Assembly: GCA_964426735.1 (NCBI GenBank)
Contig: CAYRRP010000003.1
Span: 77,378-141,377 of the forward strand
Source: an uncultured Candidatus Saccharibacteria bacterium
Lineage (GTDB): Bacteria > Patescibacteriota > Minisyncoccia > Phycocordibacterales > DATDWN01
Reading direction: 5' to 3'
Length of the DNA: 64,000 nucleotides
How positions within the stretch are numbered: position 1 is the stretch's first letter; each line of letters opens with the position of its first letter. Shown in pieces: positions 54,121 through 63,985 of this stretch. Both the position numbers and the translations under genes were made by a program. Below the pieces are notes generated by a model that saw nothing but the letters and a program-made list of their open reading frames with translations, was not told where the DNA came from and did not search any database.

Positions 54121-56484
54121 ATGAAATCTGTCGCACAAAAAATCCTTATAACATTTGGTTTTATCACACTTATAACACTAAGTGTGATTCCTGTTTCTGT
54201 ATCAGCTGATCGTGCTGCGTATGAAGCGTGTGCCGCAAATGCAGGAGATGATCCTTCAGTATGTAATCATTTATTAACAGAAAATGAGGCTCAAACAGGA
54301 AAATCAAATCTCTCAGTAGGTGGAGTTGTTGGTGGTGCGATAAGTGGATTGTTTGATATACAAGGAGCTTTTTTGCGCGTACCACTCTTTCTCATCATGA
54401 AGATTGCTGCTGCACTACTCGGGATGGCTGGACTTTTACTCGATGAAGTGATGGTACGTACAGTAGTACACATGTCTGATGAAATCGGGAAAATTACCGC
54501 CATCAATGATGTATGGAGGATTATCAGGGATCTTGTAAACATGTCTTTTATTTTTATCCTCTTGTACCACGGTATTCGTATGGTACTCGGCCTCAGTGAC
54601 GCTGGTGTAAAGAAAATCATCGCAGGTATTGTTACCACTGCAATACTTATAAACTTTAGTCTATTGTTTACTAAAGTTATTATTGACGCATCAAACGTCG
54701 TTACGCTTGGTTTTTATAATTCAATTAGCGCAGCAGGAGGGACAGCAAAAGGGGATGAGTTTGCTGGAAAATACAATTTTGGTTTTTCAGGAGCTTTTAT
54801 GAAACCTCTTGGTATCACTGGTGCTTTCGACCCCTCAGGGCTTTCTCAAGCTACAAACTTCACGTTTGGAGAAAATGGAAACATGGTGATTATCTACCTT
54901 GGCAGTATTGTATTTATGCTTATTACCATTTTTATTTTTATGGCTGTAAGCGTATTCTTTATCATTCGTTTTGTTGCCTTCATCATACTCCTTATTATGT
55001 CACCAGTGGCATTCCTTTTTATTGCTCTTCCTGGTTTAGACAATCTGAAATCAAAATATTGGGGCACACTTTCTGGTCAAGCTCTTTTTGGACCATTGTA
55101 TATGTTTTACTCATGGCTTGTTTTACGACTCATGGGTCCTGGAGGTCTTGGTTCTTCAGATTATACCTTGGGGTATGCTTTAATGAACCCGAATAAAGAT
55201 ACGATATCGGTGATTATTAACTTTATTATACTTATCGGACTTCTTGTTACATCAGTTATTGAAGCAAAAAAACAAGCAACAAGCGGAGGCATAATCAGCA
55301 CAAAAATACTCGATAAAGGAACAGGTTATTTGGGAAGTGCTATTTTTGGAGGAGCTTCTATGCTCGGAAGGTCAACATTGGGTAGAGTTGGTCAAAAAAT
55401 ATCAGAAAATGATGATTTAAAGAAAAGAGCTGCCGATGGTGGAAAGTGGGCTCGCCTACAACTACTTGCAGGGAACAAACTAGCGTCATCGTCTTTTGAC
55501 GCGCGAAACACTAAAGTGATGGAGCTAGCTAGTAAAGATGTTACTGGTTTAGGAGCAATTGCTAATTTTGGTAAAGCAATTAATACAAAAGGGTATCGAG
55601 GGTATGTTGAAGAAAAACTAAAAGCTGACGCGGAATCAGACAAAGCAAGAAATGCTCAATTTAAAATGTCTGATGAACAAAAAAACATAAATAAACAAAA
55701 ATTAAAAGACTATGAAGCCAGTGGAGATGAAGCAAAGAAGAAGAAAGAACATATCGAAGCACTTACTGCCCAAATCGAAGCCGAGGAAAATGCTCTTGGT
55801 ATACCTGCATTAAATAAAAAAATTACTGAACTTACAGAGACAAAGAAAGCCACAGATGAGCAGAAAAAGAAAACTGATCAAGAAATTACTAACCTTGAAA
55901 AACAAATAAAAGAAACTATTCTTCCCGAAGAGCAGCAGCGCCTCAAAAACATTCTTCTTGAAAAGAAAAAAGTTGCTGATGATATTGAAAATACTGCAAA
56001 AGAAATAGCTACTCAACTTGTTCAAGAAAATGCCAAATATGAAGAAATTAAGAAAACAAGTGATTACAGAGATATTCAGGAAAAAATTAAAAATCGCACA
56101 GAGGAAGAAAAGTTCTACATATCTTCTGAATATGAAAAGCTTATTAGTTTAGCAGATGACAAGAAGGGTAATAAAAACCCAAGAATCAACGCTATTGAAA
56201 GAGAAGGCGATAGACGAATTAAAGCATACGCAAATAGGTTGGAGAAAAAAAGTGGTGTATTGAGTGGATTTCCAAATATTATTATTGATAAAGATTACAC
56301 TAAACGTAGAGCTAGTGTAATACGCAAACTTGCAAATGCTGAAAGACCTGAGGCTAATCTAAAAAAAGCATTAAAAGAATTTAAATTTATCGATGAGGAA
56401 GAAAATGAAGAGAAGTCTAAAGAAAAAAAAGATGATGATAAAAAAGAAGAATCAAAAACAACCCCTCCACCTTCAACACCTTAA
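54121..56484 (+). CDS. VirB6/TrbL-like polytopic membrane protein with a long C-terminal Lys/Glu-rich coiled-coil (T4SS-like component)
   Basis: 787 aa; signal/TM, then 6-7 TM helices (...IFMAVSVFFIIRFVAFIILLIMSPVAFLFIALPG...), then ~300 aa of charged coiled-coil. Confidence 0.5.
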   Translation: MKSVAQKILITFGFITLITLSVIPVSVSADRAAYEACAANAGDDPSVCNHLLTENEAQTGKSNLSVGGVVGGAISGLFDIQGAFLRVPLFLIMKIAAALLGMAGLLLDEVMVRTVVHMSDEIGKITAINDVWRIIRDLVNMSFIFILLYHGIRMVLGLSDAGVKKIIAGIVTTAILINFSLLFTKVIIDASNVVTLGFYNSISAAGGTAKGDEFAGKYNFGFSGAFMKPLGITGAFDPSGLSQATNFTFGENGNMVIIYLGSIVFMLITIFIFMAVSVFFIIRFVAFIILLIMSPVAFLFIALPGLDNLKSKYWGTLSGQALFGPLYMFYSWLVLRLMGPGGLGSSDYTLGYALMNPNKDTISVIINFIILIGLLVTSVIEAKKQATSGGIISTKILDKGTGYLGSAIFGGASMLGRSTLGRVGQKISENDDLKKRAADGGKWARLQLLAGNKLASSSFDARNTKVMELASKDVTGLGAIANFGKAINTKGYRGYVEEKLKADAESDKARNAQFKMSDEQKNINKQKLKDYEASGDEAKKKKEHIEALTAQIEAEENALGIPALNKKITELTETKKATDEQKKKTDQEITNLEKQIKETILPEEQQRLKNILLEKKKVADDIENTAKEIATQLVQENAKYEEIKKTSDYRDIQEKIKNRTEEEKFYISSEYEKLISLADDKKGNKNPRINAIEREGDRRIKAYANRLEKKSGVLSGFPNIIIDKDYTKRRASVIRKLANAERPEANLKKALKEFKFIDEEENEEKSKEKKDDDKKEESKTTPPPSTP

Positions 56485-56493
56485 TTAATTACC

Positions 56494-57159
56494 ATGGAAG
56501 AAGCACTTCAAGAAATAAAAGAATCACTCAAGACACTCCCTTCACATATACGTGAGGTTGTTACTCAAACAAACTGGGAGCCAAAAATAGAAGAGCTTGC
56601 TTTGAAGTATTCACTCACCAACGAACAAAAGCGTGCGTTATTTATTGAGGTATTACTTGTCCTTGTTGCAATAAACCCAGAAGAGGAGATTGTGGAAAAT
56701 ATCGAAAATGAACTCGGTGTTTCTACAATACTTGCTGAACAACTCGCCGAAGAAGTGGGGGAGCGTGTATTTTCTTGGATATATAAACTATATACAGAAA
56801 AAGCAGAGCAACACACACACAACGGAGCGCCTAAACAACCAATCAACACCCTTGATACTCCTCCACCAAACCTTCCAGGGGAAATAATCGAGGATCTTCC
56901 ACTTCCTCCAGTGGATCAAGAACCTTTATTTGCAAAAACTCAACAACGCCCACTACGAGACACTGTTGCGGACTTTTTTGCAAAACCAGAACCTATCGAG
57001 ACTCCAGTTATAGAACCAACCTCTCTACCAAAACCAGAGTCCGCAAACACAACTTCGACATTTATTAGTAAAAAACTAAGTCAACCAAGCACCATATCTA
57101 CACCGTCACGTACACCACAATCATATACTGTTGATCCGTATCGAGAACCGGTTGAATAG
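56494..57159 (+). CDS. Hypothetical protein with a Pro-rich C-terminus
   Basis: 221 aa; no domain recognised; sits inside the T4SS-like gene string. Confidence 0.4.
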   Translation: MEEALQEIKESLKTLPSHIREVVTQTNWEPKIEELALKYSLTNEQKRALFIEVLLVLVAINPEEEIVENIENELGVSTILAEQLAEEVGERVFSWIYKLYTEKAEQHTHNGAPKQPINTLDTPPPNLPGEIIEDLPLPPVDQEPLFAKTQQRPLRDTVADFFAKPEPIETPVIEPTSLPKPESANTTSTFISKKLSQPSTISTPSRTPQSYTVDPYREPVE

Positions 57160-57175
57160 ATTTACCATTATATTT

Positions 57176-57607
57176 ATGAGATTCCAAGTACCACAATTTA
57201 TTGAAATAGAAGATAAAATCGTAGGACCACTGACGCTTAAGCAGTTTTTGTATCTCGCTGGATCAGTAGGTATGTCAATTATTGCATATCGTTTTCTTCC
57301 ACTTATTGTAGCGATTATTGTGATTGCATGTGTTGGTTCACTTGGTATAGCTCTCGCATTTTTTAAGTACAATAACAAACCTTTTATCGACCTTCTTGAA
57401 TCAGGTGTACAGTATTACTTGGGAGAAAAACTATACATTTGGAAAAAAAGGGAGCGGGTTGTTGAAAAACAAAATACTGCTGATAAAAATCCTGCTCAAG
57501 TATATGTACCTCGTTTATCTGACAGTAAACTTAAAGAGCTCACCTGGAGCTTAGATATTAAAGAAAATCAAAACCCAGTTACTCGGGAAGAAAGTAGATT
57601 AAAGTAA
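57176..57607 (+). CDS. PrgI-family (VirB3-like) small membrane protein
   Basis: MRFQVPQFIEIEDKIVGPLTLKQFLYLAG... followed by 2 TM helices, the typical PrgI/VirB3-like N-terminus of Gram-positive-type T4SS. Start placed at ATG 57176. Confidence 0.6.
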   Translation: MRFQVPQFIEIEDKIVGPLTLKQFLYLAGSVGMSIIAYRFLPLIVAIIVIACVGSLGIALAFFKYNNKPFIDLLESGVQYYLGEKLYIWKKRERVVEKQNTADKNPAQVYVPRLSDSKLKELTWSLDIKENQNPVTREESRLK

Positions 57608-57679
57608 AAGGATTACAGAATAATTCTTATTCATTAATCCTACTACCTTAATCATTAATCAATCTGGTATACTATTCTT

Positions 57680-58318
57680 ATGGCTATTCCTTCTAAAGCA
57701 ACACAAGATTTTGTACCTATCAAAGAAATACGTGATGGGGTAGTACTGCTCAAAGATAATTCTATGCGTGCCGTACTCCTCGCATCTTCTTTAAACTTTT
57801 CTCTTAAATCAGAAGATGAGCGAAAAGGTATTTTATACCAATTTCAAGATTTTCTTAACTCACTTGATTTTCCACTTCAAATCTTTATCCAGTCACGAAG
57901 ACTTGATATTAGACCATATATTGCTCTTCTTGAAGGTCGGTATAAAGAACAGATGAATGATTTGATGAAAATTCAAACTCAAGAATACATTGAATTTATT
58001 AAAAAGTTTACTGAGTCGACCAATATTATGACAAAAAGTTTCTTTGTGGTTGTTCCATACACTCCCGCACTGATCCAAGGAAAAGGTATAGATCCTACAA
58101 GTTTTTTTGGCAAGAAAGATGCGGATGATGCTGTAAAAAAACGCATGGTGAATTTTGAAGAAAACAAGACTCAGCTCGAACAAAGAATGGCAATCGTGGA
58201 ACAAGGACTTGTACGTTGTGGAATCAGAGTGGCACGTCTTGGAACAGAAGAAGTGGTAGAATTATTTTATAAAATATTTAATCCAGGAGAAACAGAAAAA
58301 CCAATCCAAGTGAGCTAA
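57680..58318 (+). CDS. Hypothetical T4SS-associated protein (possibly a detached VirB4 N-terminal-like domain)
   Basis: 212 aa soluble protein immediately upstream of the VirB4-like ATPase; no motif recognised. Confidence 0.4.
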   Translation: MAIPSKATQDFVPIKEIRDGVVLLKDNSMRAVLLASSLNFSLKSEDERKGILYQFQDFLNSLDFPLQIFIQSRRLDIRPYIALLEGRYKEQMNDLMKIQTQEYIEFIKKFTESTNIMTKSFFVVVPYTPALIQGKGIDPTSFFGKKDADDAVKKRMVNFEENKTQLEQRMAIVEQGLVRCGIRVARLGTEEVVELFYKIFNPGETEKPIQVS

Positions 58319-58319
58319 C

Positions 58320-58440
58320 TATACGAATATGCGAATGAAAAACTTACGAATAACCACGAATACAGAAAATCAAAATGTTTTTTATTCGTATACATTCGTA
58401 GATTCGAATTATTTGTATATTCGTATATTTATTTAAAACT
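58320..58440. promoter_or_regulatory. Imperfect palindromic array: TACGAAT units followed by ATTCGTA units, ending in ATATTTATTT just before the virB4-like ATG
   Basis: atacgaatatgcgaatgaaaaacttacgaataaccacgaatac...ttattcgtatacattcgtagattcgaattatttgtatattcgtatatttatttaaaactATG. Confidence 0.4.
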
Positions 58441-60246
58441 ATGGGACTATTTGATTTTTTACAAAAAAAAGAAGAGCCGTCAATATCTTCTATCATCCCT
58501 CAGGAGATTTACCAAGCAGGTACACTTGAACTGCAGGATATTATCGCACCAAGTGCGTTAAAAATTTCACCAAAAGAAATAAATCTTGGGGAAAAGGTGC
58601 TTCGTAGTTTTTTTGTAATCTCTTATCCTCGATTTCTTGGAGAAAACTGGTTCTCTCCAATCATTAACCTCGATAAAGTATTTGATATTGCTATTTTTGT
58701 ACACCCTATTGAAACATCCGATGTACTTCGTACATTTCAAAAAAAAGTAGCTGAGGTACAAAGTCAGATTATGGAACGTGAGAGTAGGGGACAAGTACGA
58801 AACCCGATGCTTGATACCGCATATCAAGATCTTGAAAACCTCCGTGACCAACTTCAACAAGCACAAGAGAAACTTTTTGATGTTGGTTTATATATCACCA
58901 TGTATGGAGATAATGAAGCGGAGCTTGATAAGATGGAATCAGAAATAAAATCTATTCTTGAATCAAAGCTTGTATATGTAAAACCAGCTCTCTTCCAACA
59001 AGAACAAGCGTTTAAAACAGTACTTCCTTTAGGAACTGATCAGCTTGAGGTTCATAGTAAGCTAAATTCTTCTCCACTCTCAAGCCTTTTTCCTTTCATA
59101 TCTTTCGACCTTACCTCAGATAAAGGTATCTTATATGGGATTAACCGACACAACTCATCACTTGTATTATTTGACCGTTTTTCACTTGAAAACTATAACT
59201 CAATTACTTTTGCAAAATCAGGTTCGGGTAAATCATATGCAACAAAACTCGAAATCCTTCGAACACTTATGTTTGATACATCAGTAATGGTTATCGACCC
59301 TGAAAATGAGTACGAGTACATGGCTGAAGCAGTAGGGGGAAGATACTTTAAAATATCGTTAAACTCAGAGCATCATATAAACCCTTTTGATCTTCCTATA
59401 CCCAATGAAGATGAATCTGCTGCGAGTGTTCTTCGAAGCAATATTATAAACTTGGTAGGGCTTTTCCGTATTATGCTTGGGGGGCTCACACCAGAAGAAG
59501 ATGCGATTGTAGATCGAGCTATCACCGAAACATACGCGCTCAAGGACATAACTCCGGACTCAGACTTCAAAAATATCGAGCCGCCACTTCTTTCTGATTT
59601 TGAAATGGTACTCTCTGGTATGGAAGGTGGAGAATCTCTTGCTCAACGTCTTACAAAATATACCAAAGGTACATGGGCTGGTTTTATCAACCGACCAACC
59701 AACATTGATATTAATAAAAAATTCATCGTCTTCTCAGTGCGAGATATGGAAGACGAGCTTAAGCCGATTGCAATGTATATTATTATGCATTATATCTGGG
59801 CTGCAATCAGAAAGGAACTAAAAAAACGTCTTCTTGTTATTGATGAAGCGTGGTGGATGATGAAATCTGAAGATACTGCTTCATTCCTTTTGTCGTTGGC
59901 AAAACGAGGACGAAAATACTTCCTCGGACTAGCGACAATCACTCAAGACGTGGATGACTTCCTTAAATCTCCGTACGGAATGCCGATTATTACAAACTCT
60001 TCTATACAAATACTTCTCAAACAATCACCGACTTCAATGGATAAACTCCAGCAAACATTTAACCTCACTGATGAAGAAAAATATCTACTCCTTGAGTCTG
60101 ATGTAGGGGAGGGAATCTTCTTTGCAGGACTCAAACACGTAGCAATCAAGATTATTGCTTCATATACTGAAGACCAGATCATCACTTCAGATCCATCTCA
60201 GATCCTTGCTATCAAAAAAGCAAAAAACGACTTACTTTCTTCTTGA
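58441..60246 (+). CDS. virB4: VirB4/TraE/TrsE-family type IV secretion ATPase
   Basis: 601 aa; Walker A FAKSGSGKSY, Walker B LLVIDEAWWMM, conserved C-terminal ...GRKYFLGLATITQD... Confidence 0.85.
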   Translation: MGLFDFLQKKEEPSISSIIPQEIYQAGTLELQDIIAPSALKISPKEINLGEKVLRSFFVISYPRFLGENWFSPIINLDKVFDIAIFVHPIETSDVLRTFQKKVAEVQSQIMERESRGQVRNPMLDTAYQDLENLRDQLQQAQEKLFDVGLYITMYGDNEAELDKMESEIKSILESKLVYVKPALFQQEQAFKTVLPLGTDQLEVHSKLNSSPLSSLFPFISFDLTSDKGILYGINRHNSSLVLFDRFSLENYNSITFAKSGSGKSYATKLEILRTLMFDTSVMVIDPENEYEYMAEAVGGRYFKISLNSEHHINPFDLPIPNEDESAASVLRSNIINLVGLFRIMLGGLTPEEDAIVDRAITETYALKDITPDSDFKNIEPPLLSDFEMVLSGMEGGESLAQRLTKYTKGTWAGFINRPTNIDINKKFIVFSVRDMEDELKPIAMYIIMHYIWAAIRKELKKRLLVIDEAWWMMKSEDTASFLLSLAKRGRKYFLGLATITQDVDDFLKSPYGMPIITNSSIQILLKQSPTSMDKLQQTFNLTDEEKYLLLESDVGEGIFFAGLKHVAIKIIASYTEDQIITSDPSQILAIKKAKNDLLSS

Positions 60247-60363
60247 GATACGAGGCGAGAGATTTGAGATAAGAGATATGAAAGATACACCGCTTTTTTC
60301 TCATATCCCTTCGTAAGGTTCAACCTTTACTCAACCACGTAACTTCTATACCATTATCTATAT

Positions 60364-60741
60364 ATGGATACTGAACTCGAACAAATACGCGAACAAAACA
60401 GATATAAACCAAACGATACCAATCAACAATATACTCCTCCCACAAATATACCTCCCAATACAGCAACGTGGATGTTGGCAACTGCTGGTTTTATCGACGG
60501 ATTACAAGCACTAATCACTCTTACTGGAGTAGGTGCTATTATTAACCCTTTTGTGAGTATATTTGCAGCGATTTTATTTTGGTTCTGGTTTAAGATATAT
60601 AATGTATCTTTACTTACATGGCAAAGAATGCTTACGTTTATGTTTGGTGGTGTACTTGAAGCAATACCTGTTGTTGATGCATTACCTGGTTGGTATGGAA
60701 TAGTGTGGAGAATTATACAAACTACAAAAACATCTTCGTAA
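60364..60741 (+). CDS. Hypothetical small membrane protein (possible pilin-like T4SS subunit)
   Basis: 125 aa with 2-3 TM helices; in the T4SS-like string. Confidence 0.4.
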   Translation: MDTELEQIREQNRYKPNDTNQQYTPPTNIPPNTATWMLATAGFIDGLQALITLTGVGAIINPFVSIFAAILFWFWFKIYNVSLLTWQRMLTFMFGGVLEAIPVVDALPGWYGIVWRIIQTTKTSS

Positions 60742-60799
60742 CCTTTACTGTTAACAACCGTTACCTCTTTTCTATACGGTTTATGATAAAATATGTGTA

Positions 60800-61810
60800 A
60801 TGATTTTTCGTTATATTACACAATTATCTTTTTTATGTTTACTATTTTTTTGTGTACCATTTATAGGAAATACACAATTGATTGGTATAACAAACAACGA
60901 TGTTTCTATTGGAGTTTCTCCAGAAAACCCGGGGCCATATAGTGTAGTTTCTGTAACAATAGAAACGTATTCGTTCGACCTTGATAACTCGAATACACGA
61001 TGGTATGTAAATGATGTTTTAGCACAAGAAGGTAAGGGGCTCAAAACGCTTACATTCGATACCGGCAAACTTGGCAAACCTATGGTAATAAAAGTTGTTA
61101 TAGATTCCACTAAAGGAACACTTACCAAAGACCTCACTATTGTCCCAAGTACAGTAAATATTCTTTGGGAAGCACAAACATATACTCCACCATTCTTTAA
61201 AGGTAAATCTTTATTTTCACATCAAAGTAGCGTCGTATTTTTTGCCCAACCGGAACTTATTTCAAATGGGAAAGTTTTAAATTCATCGAACCTTGTATAC
61301 ACATGGAGTAAAGACGGGGTTGTACTTGGTAGTGCAAGTGGGTACGGAAAACAAAGTCTCACCCTTACAGGTTCTGTTATTTCTCGTCCACTCCGTATAT
61401 TCGTAGACGTAACTGATCCAAATACCAATATTTCTGGTTCAGGTGTTATTACAGTAAATCCTATAGAACCTGAAATTCTTACGTATGTTGTACATCCATT
61501 ATATGGTATCCAATACGAAAAAGTGATAACAAAAACCCTCCCTTTGTCCGGAAAAGAGGTTACTCTTCGAGCAGAACCTTATTATTTCAACTCTGTAGAT
61601 AAAAATACATTAGGTAAATTAGCGTACAACTGGTCTATTAATGGCAACGTTATTTCTGACGGACAAAATACACAGACACGAGTTTTCAGAAAGGTAGGGG
61701 ATGTGTTTGGTTTATCAAATATAGGCATTACTGTAAATAACGATTCCAAACTATTACAATTTGCATCATACCAGCTCGCTATTGATTTTCTAAAAGATCG
61801 ATCTGAATAA
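60800..61810 (+). CDS. Hypothetical secreted protein
   Basis: 336 aa; N-terminal signal/TM; beta-rich. Confidence 0.45.
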   Translation: MIFRYITQLSFLCLLFFCVPFIGNTQLIGITNNDVSIGVSPENPGPYSVVSVTIETYSFDLDNSNTRWYVNDVLAQEGKGLKTLTFDTGKLGKPMVIKVVIDSTKGTLTKDLTIVPSTVNILWEAQTYTPPFFKGKSLFSHQSSVVFFAQPELISNGKVLNSSNLVYTWSKDGVVLGSASGYGKQSLTLTGSVISRPLRIFVDVTDPNTNISGSGVITVNPIEPEILTYVVHPLYGIQYEKVITKTLPLSGKEVTLRAEPYYFNSVDKNTLGKLAYNWSINGNVISDGQNTQTRVFRKVGDVFGLSNIGITVNNDSKLLQFASYQLAIDFLKDRSE

Positions 61811-61813
61811 TTT

Positions 61814-62746
61814 ATGAAAAAAATTTTTTATACATCACTTCTTATATGCACCGCTCTCGTTGGTACTTTTGTGTATGCACAAACACCTTCAACTACCGAA
61901 CCAATCACCGGAGAATACACCGTTCTTGCCCCTATACCTGGCACAACAAAAACTTGTACCGGAAGTGGTGCAGATGAAAAATGTACTGCCGATATAAATT
62001 CTTACTTAAACGGTTTTCTTGGTGTGATAATTAGTATTGGAGCAATTATTGCTATGCTTTATATTGCATATTATGGCTTCCAGTATGCTATCTCAGACAG
62101 CGCTTCTTTGAAAATGGAATCTAAAGGAAAATTATTTGAAATTATGGGTGGTCTAGTTCTTATTATTTCTGCATACGCAATTGTATACACTATTAACCCC
62201 AAAATACTTCCAGAAGGTGGCTTATCTCTTGATATTAGCGTTCCTCGTATAAACTCTCAAACACCGATGGTTTCTGGTGGTAATGGTGGTATGCGAACCA
62301 CATTTACAACAAATCCTGATCCTGCAGGAGATAAAGTGGTGCGCGATAGATTAATAAACAATACAGGTATATCAATTAACAGAACAAACCCTTGTACACC
62401 AACTCAACGCACAGGTTGTACTTCTTTAACTGCTTTACCTGAAGTCGCTATCACAGGAGTTCTTACCTTAAACAAAGAGTGCCAGTGTAATTTAATAATA
62501 ACAGGAGGTACAGAGACACTCCCTCATAACGGTGGAGTTAATACTGAACACGGCCCAGGTTTATCTGTTGTCGATCTCAACCCTTCAGCAAAACTAAATT
62601 CATACCTTGGAAAACCAAACCCTCAAGAAAGAGACAGGGTTTCAAAAACTATCAATGGTAGAGAGGTAATCTTTATTTTTGAAAAAGCTGGTGGGAATGC
62701 ATCTCATTCATCAACAGGAGATCATTGGCATGTTCAATTTAAATAA
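61814..62746 (+). CDS. Hypothetical secreted/membrane protein
   Basis: 310 aa; signal peptide plus one internal TM helix. Confidence 0.45.
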   Translation: MKKIFYTSLLICTALVGTFVYAQTPSTTEPITGEYTVLAPIPGTTKTCTGSGADEKCTADINSYLNGFLGVIISIGAIIAMLYIAYYGFQYAISDSASLKMESKGKLFEIMGGLVLIISAYAIVYTINPKILPEGGLSLDISVPRINSQTPMVSGGNGGMRTTFTTNPDPAGDKVVRDRLINNTGISINRTNPCTPTQRTGCTSLTALPEVAITGVLTLNKECQCNLIITGGTETLPHNGGVNTEHGPGLSVVDLNPSAKLNSYLGKPNPQERDRVSKTINGREVIFIFEKAGGNASHSSTGDHWHVQFK

Positions 62747-62748
62747 TT

Positions 62749-63954
62749 ATGATAAAAAAAATCCTTAAAATAAGCGCATATGTACTTATTGCACTTGCAT
62801 GTGCACTTCTTGGGTATTATTTTATAATTTCAACAAATGATGGTGGTGGGGCAAATAAAAAACCTTTTTTTGCTAATCTATTTCCTTTTGGAAACAACCC
62901 AACAGTAGTATCTGAACTCCCATTTGCAACAACTACAGAAACCACTTCTGATGAGCCATCTACAGGTAATGTAGATCAAGTGATGCGTTTAATATCAAAC
63001 GAACCTGTAGCAGGAAGTGTTTTTATAGAAACACAAAGAGGGGACATTGTTCGTTATATAGAGAAGGCAACTGGTCATATTTACGATGTTCCTACATTTG
63101 AAAACACAGTTTCTCGTATTTCAAATACAACGATTCCTCAATTATATACAGCAAAATTTACTGAAAACGGATCTGGTTTTATCACTCAATATATAAAAGA
63201 TGATAATTCTCTCGAAACATTGTACGGAAAAATAATAAGTACCTCTACAGAACAAACAGTTACAGGGACGATTCTTTCTAAAAAGATTATGTCTTTTGAT
63301 ATATCTCCAAACGGAAAAACTGTCTTTACGTTAGAAACTACACAAAATGGGAGTGAGGGATATATATCAACTCCTAATGGGACAAACAAAAAACTTATAT
63401 GGACATCACCTCTACGAGAACTTATTCCTCAATATACTTCAGATACCCATATTGGATTACAAACAAAACCTCATTCTTCTGCCTATGGTATATTATTTGA
63501 TGTTGATACGAACACCTCAGCAAAAAAAATACTTGTGTCAAACCATAAAAATCTCACGACACTGCCATATATAAACAAGAATTATATTTTGTATTCAAAT
63601 ACAATCGGATTATTTACCATAAATACCACTACGGGTGTTTCAGAAGAACTTTCTCCAAACACATTTGCTGAAAAATGCGTATGGGCACACACCAAAGCAT
63701 TTGTATACTGTGCAGTTCCGCAAACAACATTAAATTCTAATTCACTGTATGCGTGGTACAAAGGAGAATTATCTTACTCTGACACTATTTGGGAATATGA
63801 TATAGAGAAAAATACCGCTCGAGAGTTGGTAAATCCTGTAGATGTCGGTGGAAGAGCTGTTGATATATCTTCTATCTCTATAAATAAAAGTGGCACACTA
63901 CTTTTAATTCAAAGTAAAACCGATGGAAGTTTGTGGACAATTAAAGTTAATTAA
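62749..63954 (+). CDS. Hypothetical membrane-anchored protein
   Basis: 401 aa; N-terminal TM anchor; Thr/Asn-rich. Confidence 0.45.
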   Translation: MIKKILKISAYVLIALACALLGYYFIISTNDGGGANKKPFFANLFPFGNNPTVVSELPFATTTETTSDEPSTGNVDQVMRLISNEPVAGSVFIETQRGDIVRYIEKATGHIYDVPTFENTVSRISNTTIPQLYTAKFTENGSGFITQYIKDDNSLETLYGKIISTSTEQTVTGTILSKKIMSFDISPNGKTVFTLETTQNGSEGYISTPNGTNKKLIWTSPLRELIPQYTSDTHIGLQTKPHSSAYGILFDVDTNTSAKKILVSNHKNLTTLPYINKNYILYSNTIGLFTINTTTGVSEELSPNTFAEKCVWAHTKAFVYCAVPQTTLNSNSLYAWYKGELSYSDTIWEYDIEKNTARELVNPVDVGGRAVDISSISINKSGTLLLIQSKTDGSLWTIKVN

Positions 63955-63985
63955 AAAAACGACATATGTCGTTTTTTAATTAACT
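63947..63985. terminator. 39-nt perfect palindrome (bidirectional intrinsic terminator)
   Basis: GTTAATTAAAAAAACGACATATGTCGTTTTTTAATTAAC; T/A runs on both sides. Confidence 0.6.
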
